64,000 nt of DNA, taken from positions 56,296,001 through 56,360,000 of the forward strand of contig NC_043009.1 in NCBI RefSeq assembly GCF_006345805.1, written 5' to 3'. The stretch's first letter is position 1; every line of letters begins with the position of its first letter. The notes under the pieces were generated by a model. It made no database searches. It was not told the DNA's origin and worked only from the letters and a program-made list of their open reading frames with translations. Source of the DNA: Octopus sinensis (taxonomy: Eukaryota). This document shows positions 48,141-61,091 of the stretch, piece after piece. The position numbers were made by a program, and so were the translations under genes.

Positions 48141-49859
48141 GCCTAAATGACAATCTGAAAACTTTCTTAGATATTCATCTCCAGTCATTTATCACTGTTA
48201 CTGTTTGTATACAAATATCGATCTCGGTTAGTGATTGGACAAGCTAAATTATCATCGCATTTTATGCTCTTTTAGAGTGAACACTCATCTATTTTTCATC
48301 AGTTTCTTGGGGTTTTTGTTTTTTTCGTTTTTGTGAGTAAAATTAACTTGAGTACTGTTTGAAAACTTTGTGAAGTTTGAATCCTTTAATCAGCTCACAC
48401 TGTACACAGCACAAACGGTTCTCACTGAGTTCAGAAAAGCATTTGCAATTGTGTTCTTGTAAAATATCTGGTATCATTTAAGAATATTATATATCCTGGA
48501 ACTGGATATATTTATTATATTTAGGGGGAAAAAATATAGACTCCAATACTTTCGTTCACCACACATTTAAGATCTCCATTTCTTACCATTATAGTATTTA
48601 TATTGAGAAATTCTAAGCAAATACATAAGACATAACATTTAATTGTGTTCTTTGAATTTTTTTTAAGAAATTCTTTCATATTAAGGTGTAGCGCGTCTGT
48701 GAAATGTGGTGCATGAAGTTGCGCATGTTTCTATTTTGATTGCGTGATGTAAAGAATTCTACCTGTATGGAACTTATTCAAAATTAGGTAACTTGAAGAG
48801 CTTTTTTTCTTTTTTTTTTTTTTTTTTTTTTTCATGCGTTTCATATGTAGAGGTGCTCACGAATTTCACTCACATTTCACATCTGATCATCTTAAATTGA
48901 AATTATTTGGAAGTCTAAGAACCTTAAATCAATTTTTTTTTTTTCATATTTTCTACAATATGTATATATGATGTTGATTCACCTAAATCCATTTTTGCAT
49001 AAACATCTCAAAATAAAGCCTATATATTCTCTTAACCTCTTTTGCCATAACTCAAACATACTGGTACACGGTGATTAAATTGTTTTGTCATTTTAAGTCA
49101 ACGGAAACACATGTATCTGTCAGGATAAGCCAGTAACTCTCCATTCTTAAAGCCTTTCTTTCCCTTCTCAAATCTCTTGTATCTATACTTTGACAGCTTA
49201 TCTATATGATGAAAAACGAGTTTACTTCTAATTTTTTAAACCCCCCCCCTCTCCACTTCATAAGTTTCAAGTTTATCTTTGTAAATTTATGAGACAAAAA
49301 AAAAATCAAATTTTCAAGAGCAGAAATTCAGATAAATTCTTTTTAGGTTTACTTAGATAGGATATTGAAAAATCAACTTTTTCTAGAAGTTTAGCAAAAA
49401 AAAAAACCTTTATTCAATGGTATCAATGTAGCAAAAAGGTTGATGGGGGAGGAATATACCAAACTCCTTATATCACACATTTTCAGCTGATAAGCAAAAC
49501 CAGTAAATGCCACCTTTCTCAGTGCATTATTTCCGCACATTAGAAAGGTGTCGGATCTAAAGTTCTTCCAATATTTATGACTTTTCTTGAAAATAGTCGG
49601 TTGCCTTTAACTTGCTAATTGATTTCGATTTGCACTGGCCTTGTTTTGAGGTTTACTGTTTAGCTAGTTTGTGTCACCTCTTAATGTATAAACAGCTGCT
49701 TGGTGATTAACAGAATTACAAGAAATTGGGTCCTTTTTTCTTAAGTTACCTGTTATTAATTTTAGATGTAGATCAAATCTTCTGCCTGTGGATCATTGTA
49801 AGCAAAATAAACACTTAGAATCTAGCTTCTTAAGGTTGCAATATATAAATTTGATTTTC

Positions 49860-50440
49860 ATTTACATACATCAAGAGTAGGATCTTTAAGGAGTGTTGCT
49901 ACCAAATGATGTTACCTTCGTTGAAGTGTTATCTCAACATAATCTTCAAAGGTAATCAGAAATTCTATCACCAAAAGAACTAATTTCATCCAAGAATGAA
50001 ATTAATCTTCTTGACTGCACTTATAGTGTGTTTATTAAATTTCAAGTCAATAACTATACTGAGTTCCTTCTTTGTCTCAGCAGCTTTTGAAACTTGATCC
50101 TTTGTCTCATTTGAATATCTGATTGTGGCTGAGTTTAAATAATGAAGCACTTTTCTCTAACATTCAACAGTAATTGCTACCAAATTAAATTGTTTAGACT
50201 GTTTAACTCTCCTTGCAAAACATTGTCATCCATATCTCTGTATTATTCAAAAAAAAAGCTTGCACATTCTTTATCAAGATGAAAGATGCCAACCTGAACA
50301 AGTATCTTCAAAAAAGAAAGGCAGTTTTATTATTTACCAGGGAATCTACTACTTCATAAGCTCATCAGTACAATCAAAGTAGTTGAAATTTGATCCAAAT
50401 TGAAACTTTCATTGCTTCATATCTGAATTTGCATTAAATA
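49860..50440 (-). mobile_element. Heavily decayed CR1/L2-type LINE fragment
   Basis: Remnants resembling D...LQ.ELN.L...W, ELSIVIDLKFNKH..SAVKKINFILG, and IIW..L.KD. Confidence 0.5.
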
Positions 50441-50486
50441 TATTAAGATCTGTATAGAAACTCTGGGTTTTGCTTTGAAGTGATTA

Positions 50487-51047
50487 TTAGGTACAGTTGA
50501 GATGGTCTGGCATACACAGTTAAGTACAGTTGGGACGGTCTGGCATACACAGTTAAGTACAGTTGGGACGGTCTGACATACGCAGTTAGGTGCAATTGGG
50601 ACGGTCTGACGTACGTAGTTAGGTACAGTTGGGACGGTCTGACGTATGCAGCTAGGTACTGTTGGGACGGACTGATGTACGCAGTTAGGTACAGTTGGGA
50701 CAGTCTGATGTATGCAGTTAGGTACAGTTGGGACAGTCTCATGTATGCAGTTAGGTACAGTTGGGACAGTCTCATGTATGCAGTTAGGTACGGTTGGGAC
50801 AGTCTGATGTATGCAGTTAGGTACAGTTGGGACGGTCTGATTTATGCAGTTAGGTACAGTTGAGACGGTCTGATGTACGCAGCTAGGTACAGTTGGGACG
50901 GTCTGATATACGCAGTTAGGTCCAGTTGGGACGGTCTGACATACGCAGTTAGGTCCAGTTGGGACGGTATGACATATGCAGCTAGGTACAGTTGGGACGG
51001 TCTGACATACGCAGTTAGGTCCAGTTGGGACGGTCTGACGTACAGTT
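50487..51047. repeat. 33-bp minisatellite, about 17 copies (cagttgggacggtctgacgtacgcagttaggta)
   Basis: Period 33 read directly; 11-aa periodic ORFs in several frames. Confidence 0.95.
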
Positions 51048-52529
51048 GTTTGTGCATTTGAAGTAATCCAACACAATAGCTCTTGATCTTATCTTAGTTT
51101 GGTACATTGCTTTGATTATATTAAATGTAATTGATATTGGGTACAAGCTGTATCCTATTTAGTGTCCATGCAATCAAAAATTGTTTTGCAAGTGTTCAAG
51201 AATTAGATGAATAGATGGTGTTGGTTTGTGATTAAAATGTCCTTGCCGGCTAAGGTTTGACAAATATGTCAAGGCATTAAACAAATGAAACATAACTACA
51301 GTAAAAGGTATGTTATATATCCTACTTAACAGAATTTGTTGTAGGGATCAAGATAGAAAAATTGTTTGACTCCTCATGAGAATTCATCTGCTTGCTCAGT
51401 GGTTTATAGCAATAGCAGAAAGTTTATTAGGAATTAGTTTTTGAATTCTAGAAGAAATTTAGGGGCTTTATTTTCTGTTTATTCTAAGCTTACTCTATAT
51501 ATTGAAACAGAATGTTTCTATATATTTTTGGTTACAATTTTAGCAGAGATGTTTCAAAATTCTTTTATCCGAAGATTTTTTTATGCTAACATTCTTTTTA
51601 TGTTCTGTAAAAATTAAATGTTAGTGTTGGAATTTTGGGGCCTTGTTCTTCAACAAAATATAAGAAATTTGTTCTGGAGCATTGCTCCCAGACACTTCGT
51701 TAAAAAAGATAAACATGAAATCATGGATTTTTATACTTTTTTTTTGTAATCTTTTTCCTTTTGAGTTTAAAACACTTTATATAAAAAGAGAAATGTCTTC
51801 CTCTAATTTTCTGGTTTTGATGTGATTTTCCTGAAAATGTTGACAATCTTTGTAAATGTTAAAAATGATTGAAATATTTTATTTCATGCTGTAAATATTC
51901 AATTTGAGCAGAGTTTTTTTTTTTTTTAATATTGAAATAACATTCAATAAACTATATTTCCAGATCTTTTTATTTAGGTGTCTATATATAATGCTAATTT
52001 TCTCTCAAGGTACCAAAAAAATACTTCATTTATTTAGAATGAACCAATGATTCAAGAATTTTGTATGTTGCTTGGCACCTTGACCAAATGTCTTATCTTC
52101 TATAATAACACTGAGCTAACCAGTCTTGTGAGTTGATTTGGTAGATGGAAACTGAATATGTGTGTGCATGTACAAGATGGTGTTGAAAAGTTCCTGGCTT
52201 TGGGTTGAAAGAAAATACAGGAGAATCAGTTAATATTTTATTCAACATATTTCCCTCTCAAATTCACGCACTTATTGCAGTGGTCCTTCAGTTTTTGTAA
52301 CCCCTGTAAAAGAACTTGAAAGGTTTGGCCTCCATCCAGGCCTTTTGCAATACTGTTAAAGCCAGGAATTTTTTGGTACCAACTCACATGTGATAATTGT
52401 AAAGTGTTATTTGCTTCCTGTCTTCCATAAAAAACATGTCCAGCTAAGGTAAAATATTACTTGGAAAACAGATAAGGGTGATGACAGGAAGGAGATCCAG
52501 CTGTTGAAAATCTGACTTAGAAAAGTGGG

Positions 52530-54480
52530 CATTAAAATCAATGATATTTTTATCTCTATCTAGGTTGTCCTGCAGGATGCCCCAAGACAGTTTCCACAAG
52601 TTTTCCCCATTCATCTCTATCTTCCATATTGGTCCTCAGCTCCTGTACCCCTTCCATACCAGTATCCTCCAACAAGTTGTTGATATAGGTCATCTTCCTC
52701 TCCTGGTTCTTCCTTCTATTGGTTGCCAGAGCACGAGCTTGCTAGCAATTTCATTGGTGTGTCTGATGCAGTGTCCAGCTAGCCTTGTCCTATGCTGTAT
52801 CTTTGATGTTACTTTTGGTAGTCCCTGGTATAAGTCAGCATTTGTTGTATGGTTCTTCAAGGAGACACTGAATTCCATTCTAAGCATCCTCGTATAACAA
52901 CCATCCAACTGCTTCTTCAATGCTTTAGTAAGCATCCATGTTTCAGCCCCGTATAGAAGAACAGACTCCTCTGTTGCCAGAAACAACCTCACTTTCACTT
53001 TCCTTGCTAACTTTGAGCTCCATACCTTTCTTAATTTATGGTATGTGCTCCAGGTAAGAGCTTTCCTTGCTACGATGTCTTTTTCAGTACTTTCTGTCCA
53101 CACAAATTTTCAGCTACCTTGAGCAACATACCGTCTCTCACTTTCACTGACACAAGCATTTCATGGTTGAAACTTGCTGCTCTGTTTTCTTTGCATTACA
53201 GTACAATCCTACCTTCCCCTATTCCTGCTCTAATCTGCTCAGCACCTGTGCCTGATCTGTCCTCTTTGTTAGTAATGCCAGGTCATCAGCATAGTCTAGG
53301 TCAGTTACTATTACTACTTTTCCCATGCAGTTTGAATCTCAGTTCTTCCTTGCCCTCATACATTCTATGCATTACTTAGTCCAGAATGATGAAGAGATAA
53401 GGTACTTGTGTGTCACCTTGTAATACTCCGGCTTTAACTTCAAAGTATTGTCTCTCTGTCAGGAGTGATCACTTTTGCTCTGGTGTTCTCATACAGCTTA
53501 CTTATTGCTCTCAGAATTCTTGGTGGAATATCATATGCTTTAAGTATCTTCATCATTCCTCTATGTACTGAATCAAAAGCCTTTTTAGGTCTACATAGAT
53601 AATGATAGCCTTCCTGTTATAGCTCTTAACTCCCTGTATCAGTCTTCTAAGTACGATAGTGTGAGGTGTTGTTGATTGTCCTGATCTGAATCCATTTTGA
53701 TTTGGCCGCAATTGTTTGTCTATCTTACGCTGTATTCGGTTAAGTATCATCTTGTTGACGATTTTTGCAACAATGGATGACAGACTGATCCCTTTGTAAT
53801 TCCCAGTATAACTTAGGTCTCAAGTTTTGGGCATTGGTAGCAAGTCTATCTCAGACTATTGTTCTGGCTTCACCTTGTCATTTTGTAGTTTGTTTGCAAA
53901 TTCAAGGATGATGTCATCTAAATCACATATTTTTAGCATTTCTGGTGGGATGTTGTCAGGACCAGTTTGTTTTCCTTCTTTCAGGTTACTTGAAGCTCTT
54001 TCTATTTCTTGTTTTGTGAAGCCTTCATCCTCAATTTGCAAACTGTCAAGTATCTTTGTTAATTCTTCATTTCCTGTTTCACTGTCAACTTCTAGATCCT
54101 TCCCAAATAAGTTGTAGAAATGAGTGTACCACTTATTGATTCTCTCATCCTTTGATTTCCCTTTGCAACCAGTGATGAAGTTAATCAGCCTCCAGCTTAC
54201 CCTTTGCATCTGCATTTTCAGCCTGGATCCTTTCATCCAGTTCCTCTTCTTGAATCTCTTGGTACACCTGTTTTAGACCCTCTTTCTTTCTTTGTAAAGT
54301 TTTTAGCATAGTTGTTGAATGCCTCTTGTACTTCACTGCATGCTTTTTCTACCCTAGTATCATCGGCCTACTTTCTCAGTTTCATCCTCTTCTTTATTGG
54401 TATCAGTTTTGCTGCCACTTCTTCATTTGATTGCACAAATTTACTATATTCCTCTGTGACAGTATCCCTGATATTTTTAA
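52530..54480 (-). mobile_element. Decayed RTE-X-like LINE (RT and C-terminal region)
   Basis: GKQTGPDNIPPEMLK, LRPNQNGFR, VTDLDYADDLAL, ESVLLYGAETW.LTKAL.K.LDGCYTRMLR, RLAGHCIRH...SKLVLWQP..G...RGR; multiple frameshifts. Confidence 0.85.
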
Positions 54481-54654
54481 TATAAACGAATGGTTGCCAT
54501 TGTTTTAACATCCACTTTTCCATGCTCCATTGGGTCTGAAAGTTTATTCAGTCAGATTTTCTGCAGCTGCATCCCATTCCTGTTGCCAAACTTTACCTTT
54601 TTCCAAGCAAGGTAATATTTCCCCATGGCCAGACATTTTTCTTTTCTTTCGCAT

Positions 54655-56217
54655 AATTATTTCAGATTTTGACACAAGGCCAACAATTTTTAAGGATGGG
54701 GCCAAATCAATTATATTGACCCCCAAAACTTAACTGGTACTATACTTTATCAATCATAAAAGGTGAAAGTTGACCTTGATTAGAATTGAGCTCAGCATGT
54801 AAAGAGTCATAATTATTGCTAAGCATTTTATCTGACACAAACGTTTCTACTGACTCACCACCTTAGAATGGTTTTAAATTTTGGAATAACACCAGCAATG
54901 TTAGAGATAGTTGGTAAGTTGATTACATTGATCTCCTATTGTACCAACCTTGCAGAGATGAAAGACAAAGTTGACCTCAATGGGACTTGAGCTCAGCAGA
55001 TAAAGAGCCAGAAGAAATGAATCTAAGTATTTTGTCCAATATATTAACAATTCTGCCTGCTCATGATAATGCTTTGAAATTTTTGCACAAGGCCAACAAT
55101 TTCAGGAGAAGAGGTAAGTTGATTACGTTAACCTCCCCAGTGTTCAACTGGTACTTAAAACAACCCCAGAAGGACAAAAGGTATAGTGACTTCTGCAGAA
55201 TTTGAACTCAGAATATAAAGGTAGGCAAAATGCCCAGTAGCATTTTGCCTGGTGTGCTAATGATTCTGCCAGCTTGCTGCCTTAATAATAATAATAATGG
55301 TTTCAAATTTCAGCACAAGGCCAGCAGTTTGAGGGGAGGAGGTAAGTTGGTTACATTAGCCCTAGTGTTCGATTGGAACTTGTTTTATCAACATTTTATC
55401 TGGCATGAGGATTTTGCCAGCCCACTGCCTTTATTATTATTATGATAATGATTTCAAATTTTGCCACAAGACCAGCAATTTTGGGGGACAGGATAAGTTG
55501 ATTACATCAACCCTCCATGTTTTATTGGTACTTATTTTCTTGACCCAAAAAGGGGATGAAAGACAAAGTCAACCTTAGCAGAATTTGAACTCAGAATGTA
55601 AAGACAGATGAATTGTTGCAAAATGTTCCACCAGTGTGCTAACGATTCTTTCAGTTTACTGCTTTTATAATTATACTAATTCTTTCTACTATAGGCACAA
55701 GGCCTATAGTTGGTGGGAGGGGGATTGTCAATTACATCGATCCCCAGTACACAAGTGGTACTTATGTTACCAACCCCAAAAGGATGAAAAGTAGTCTACC
55801 TTAGCAGTGTGTGAACTCAGAACGTAACATCAGGTGAAATACCTATTTCTTTATTACCCACAAGGGGCTAAACACAGAGAGGATAGACAAATGGATTAAG
55901 TGCGTAACTGGTACTTATTTAATCGACCTCGAAAGGATGAAAGGCAAAGTCGACCTCGGTGGAATTTGAACTCACAATGTAACAGCAGACGAAATACCTA
56001 TTTCTTTACTACCCACAAGGGGCTAAACATAGAGGGGACAAACGGATTAAGTTGATCACATCGACCCCAGTGCATCACTGGTACTTAATTTATCGACCCC
56101 GAAAGGATGAAAGGTAAAGTCGACCTCGGCGGAATTTGAACTCAGAACGCAGCGGCGGACAAAATACCACAAAGCATTTCGCCTGGGGTGCTAACGTTTG
56201 TGCCAGCTCACCGCCTT
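54655..56217 (-). mobile_element. Train of about 8 head-to-tail family B SINEs
   Basis: Repeated ggcacaaggcc...gtcgacc...gaatttgaactcagaa...gccagct modules separated by (aat)n; the last three are joined at GAAATACCTATTTC. Confidence 0.8.
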
Positions 56218-57829
56218 AATTACAATAATAATAATACATTTAGCATTGTTTTATTTTACAGTTTCTTCCTCTTGATTATAGTGCTAAGTTTTCAGAATGA
56301 CTTTGTGGTTTAACACTATTTGAATTTGGGACATGTTTTCTTTCAGTCTGTTTTTTTTCTCCAGATTGACTTGGTTCAAATAATAGTATTGAAATTCTGA
56401 AATGCCAATCTTTTCACAAATTCAGAATGTCAGTAGCTGAAAACCTGTTTCTGTATCAGAAAACAAAACAAAACAATGGGGTGTGGTAACAGTCTGCCTT
56501 GTCCACCAGCCCAAGGCTATAGTAGAAGACACTCCAAGTGTCACACAGTGGTACTGAACCTGGAACTATGTGGTTGATAAGCAAACTTCTTACCACACAG
56601 CTACCTCTACAATATACATATGTATAGGATTATGTTGTCTTATGTGTCCTCTAATCTAAGATGATAGTGTCTAATCTGAAAATAATTCAACTGCTATTTC
56701 TAGCAGGTCAAGTGACCACATAGAGGCCTATATAAACTTGGTTGTTATTGATTTTAGTCCTAATTGAACATACCTATGATGAAAGTCTTTCTAATTGTGA
56801 TCATCTCCATCATCGTTTTATAAATCAGAAACTATATCCTTCACTTAAGATAGCAGAGGTTGATTTAAGAGAGATTTGGCTGCTATTTTCAGCATGTTGT
56901 GTGACTATATAGAAGCTCCTCTGTTGAGCGTCGAGACATACACTTGAGGGAAAATATTATTATGCAGCAATGCAACAGACAGACCAGAGGATACTCTCAT
57001 ATAACTGAATACAATTCACTCCCCCTCTCCCTCTCTCTCTCTCTCAGTCATTTTCTAGCTCTTCCCTTCAGTATGGCAGGTATAGGTATGTGTTACTTCT
57101 GTTTCATATTGACTAGACCCCCAACATTGCTCATTACTCCTATCCCTGTCTCTAACTCTGACACTCTCCTCTCTCGCTCTTATCGACTTACCCAAACACC
57201 TACTCTTCCCAATCCTTTGTCTATATTCTCTCTTGTACTCATCTTTTTTAACAAGCTCGTTGCCTAATTGTGACACCACTGCCTGTTCTGATACTGTTTT
57301 TCTATACATCGTTGACAGGGAGATGAGTCACTGCTATCTCTAGTGGTCGAATGTCCATCATTGACAAGACCAAAGAAGGTCAAAATCATGTGATCTGGTG
57401 GTCCTGACACTAGGGATGACAGATTTATCTCCCTGCTGGAAATATAAACAATAGTGCTTTTTGCACACTAAAAGCCAATATATGAGTCTCTCTCATGGTA
57501 TCTACTGCAGTATAGTTTGTTCTAACAGAACATCATGTCAAGTGGGGATAAATATTACTCATACTTTGAGAGTATGCTCTGACATTCCCTCAAGGTATAA
57601 ATTGTCTTCCTTACAGCTACTCCCACCAATCCTTATATAATGTGGAGTAATCATGTATCTCTATAACACCTTACCTGTCCTTGTATTATAGTTTACACCT
57701 TCAACACTAGCATAAAACCACCTCCAACTCATGCCAGTGTGAAAGATGGCCATTAAATGATGTTGATTATATTTATATATAAGACAGCAAGCTAGCAGAA
57801 TCGTTAGTGTATACATACATATATATATA

Positions 57830-58610
57830 TATATGCCCAGGCCTATTCACCATTTTTTAGGAGTGGGTAGCCACAAGACACACACCAGGCATTCCATTCA
57901 TTTCCCAGCTCAAAGAGGCAAGCCCCATTCTATGCTCAGGTCAAAGCATAGAACGCAACGCCCAATATCAGCAGTGGGGTCAAACAGCATGTGCTGGTTT
58001 ACCTCCCCCCCTCCCCCCGCTGCATCATGCTGGTTCCATACCCCTTTGAGCAACATCGAATTCACTCATCCATCACAAATACTCCCCAAGCTTTCCGATC
58101 TTTTATAAACTCTCTTGCCTAACTTGTCCCACTCTCTTTTGTATGTCAGTGTTGGTAACATAGTCTTCCCATTCAATGTTCAAGATAGACTGGAGTTTCT
58201 TTTGATGGAATTGCTCAAGTTTTTTCATGTTATGGCAGTACAGAGTCCATGTCTCACACCCATACAGCAAGGTAGACACAACAATGGCATTGTACACCAT
58301 CATTTTGGTTTGCATGGAAAGACTACTGCACTCAAAGACTCAACTAGAGAGCTTCCTAAAGGTTAAGTGTGCTGCCTGGATCCTCTTTTCTACCCAATTT
58401 CTTTTCACTTTACCGTGCTGCCAGGCATAGAAATCAAGTACCAGTTTTAATCTATCAAGACTCCACTCTCAGCCTCACACCAGCACCATATAAGTAAAGG
58501 AAATACTGTATGCAAATGACAACACTGCCTCTGCTCACTTACCTGAGGCTCTACAGCTATCAACAATTTCTGCATGGCATATTCCCAGTTTGGCCAAACA
58601 TTTAACAAAG
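57830..58610 (-). mobile_element. Decayed RTE/BovB-like LINE with 5' inversion (58443-58610 on +, 57830-58441 on -)
   Basis: The + piece reads FNLSRL...ILYAND...FGQTFNKDKTKIIVQPPPG. The - piece reads Y.....RIQAA...TKMMVYNAIVVSTLLYGCETWTLY. Confidence 0.7.
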
Positions 58611-60144
58611 ACAAAACTAAAATCATTGTACAACCACCACCTGGATGTGATAGGAAAATATTAGATTTATAAGCCCTAAAATTCACTAAATAATTGCCCA
58701 CGGACATACGGTGTAGTGGTTAGGAGCGCAGGAATAATAATAATAATAATTATTATTAGGAATGAGAACCCAGGTTCAAAATTTCCCCAAAACACTTGAT
58801 GAATGCTGGACAGTATATCAGTTGAAACATTGCGTCAACAACAAACAATGATGTACATAATTCCTCATCTTTCAAATATAGAACGGCTCCTCCCATAGTT
58901 TTTAATTGCAAAAAATTGGCCAAAATCGGTCCGGAGTGGGTATAGGAGGAGAGTTTAAAAAAATGAAATGTGGTCTTCTTGATCCGAAACTACTCTCCTC
59001 ACCCACTGGAAAAAATTTGCCCCCCAAATTTCTTTATAATCGGAATCTATGCCATTTCAAAGATATTTATATAAAATTTCATCAAAAGATATCTATTTTC
59101 CTGAAAGTTATGAGGGAAAATATTGGATTGTGTGAATTTTCTGAAAGTCTCTCCCCACCTCTGGTTCATTTGCACAAATTTTTTGTTTTCAGATATAGGA
59201 TGAAAAATAAACAATGAAAAGTAAAGAATATAATTTTATTTAAGAGATACAGGTACAAAATAATACATCTTTGAAGCAGAATATGTTTGATCTTTATTAA
59301 ACCACTTAAAAAAGTTAAGAACAAAGTTGTTTAAACACTTTATACAGTATGAAAAATTAACCAGTTTCAATAAAAGAAAATACGCTTCTGCGGCTCCGTG
59401 GTCTACAGAAGCTTTTTCTCCACAAACTTTTGTGTGCATGTTATTGGTAAATACTTTGGTTCTGCTGTGGTAAACCTGTTTTTGTACAGGCAGGATTTTA
59501 GTCTTTAAAAGTATAGTTGGATGTGGAGATGTGGAAAAAGAAGCATCCAGAATGCCTTGAGTATATGAGGCTAAGGCAAAAGGGATACTTTGGAAGAGCA
59601 AATCAGTATAACCATATCTTAATTATATTGATTTAGGGATGCAAGATTAATTTTGGAGTAACCAGAAATCATGTTGGATTTTTTAAAAAACATGGAATTT
59701 CTGAATTATTAAAAGGTTCAGAATTAGTCTTTTGAATATTTTAGAGACTGTATGGAAAGAATTGTTCAGTTTGCATGATGTTGGTCCAGTATCATTCAGC
59801 TTGGTGGTGTTTTATCCAATTTCAAAAGTCTCATGATTTGGCAGGATTGTCCCTGGAGATAGTTTTACAAGAACGTATCATCATCATCTTGTTGAGCTTG
59901 CTTGGATATTTTAAACCCACACACACCATCCATCCCAGTCCTGCATTAGTTGAGGGAGGTCTTCAGGGAGGCATCTAGTGCCTCTCGTGAGTTGATCTAC
60001 ATATGTTGTGTTCAACAAGAACATATAAATGATGGAAATAATAGCTAAGACTTTGTTTGGAACACAGAAAAGTTTGTTTTATTCTCTCAAAAATATCATT
60101 ATAACTAAGTTTTTAACTTTAGTTGATGTTGTATCAAGGTATTC

Positions 60145-60512
60145 TTTTATTCATTTGCTTGTTTCAGTCATTTCACTGTGGCCATGCTGCAGCACCAACA
60201 AATTGACCCCAGGACTTAATCTTTGTAAGCCTAGTACTTATTCTATCAGTCTCTTGTGCGAAATCGCTAAGTTATGGAGATGTAAACACATCAACATCGG
60301 TTGTCAAGTGATGGTGGGAGGACAAATACATGCATATATATATATATATATATATACGATGGGCTTCTTTCAGTTTCCATCAACCAATTCCACTCACAAG
60401 GCTTTGGTCAGCCCGAGGCTATAGAAGAAGATACTTGCCCAAGGTGCCATGCAGTGGGACCGAACCCAGAATCATGTGGTTGATAAAAAAACTTCTTACC
60501 ACACAGCCAGTC
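60145..60512 (-). mobile_element. Family A SINE, full length
   Basis: Reverse complement of the 1490-1897 type. Confidence 0.8.
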
Positions 60513-61091
60513 CTGTTTGTATAGTGGAAATAGTGCTTGTTAATCATGTTAATAATCACATATAAACAAAACATTGAAAATGAGCAACTATCAACAAATA
60601 GCTATGTCAGGCAGAGAACAAGCTGTAAATCCAGGACTTACTAATTTTACGCCTCCATGCATTGCCTTGGGTGATAAACTTAATCTGTTGTTTGCATTGA
60701 GCCCCAAAATAATGGCCTTACCCACAAGTTAACCCTTTTGCAATGATATTTCTACTGAAATACACTACCTTTGTTTCAAATGATTTTGTAAAGAATGAAT
60801 TATTTAGTAATATAACTTTGTCATAATTAATTGTTGTTTATGACAAATTGAAATGAAATTTTGATACTTGATTTTTTAATTTCAGATCATTTTAAACCTG
60901 AAAGTTTTTATCATAGAAACAGAGACAGCTTTTAGCAGGTTGGTAAAGGCTGTCTCTGTTATTAAAACCACCAATGTCAATAATACAAACACTAATCTCT
61001 TTCAAATCCAAAATTTTATTAAATACAAGACCCACAGCCTTATACTGAAAAAAATAATAATAATCCAAAATAGAAAAACAAAATGCCATAC

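Noticed and set aside
50487-51047. Interstitial telomeric repeat (TTAGG within the unit)
   Set aside because: There is a single TTAGG per 33 bp, not tandem TTAGGG.
50417-51076. 219-aa Cys/Pro/Thr repeat protein ORF
   Set aside because: It is open only because the unit is 33 bp and stop-free. Several frames are open, and the flanks show no splice or homology support.
59236-59601. 121-aa minus-strand ORF
   Set aside because: It has a TTG start and no recognisable motif. It more likely belongs to a 3'UTR.
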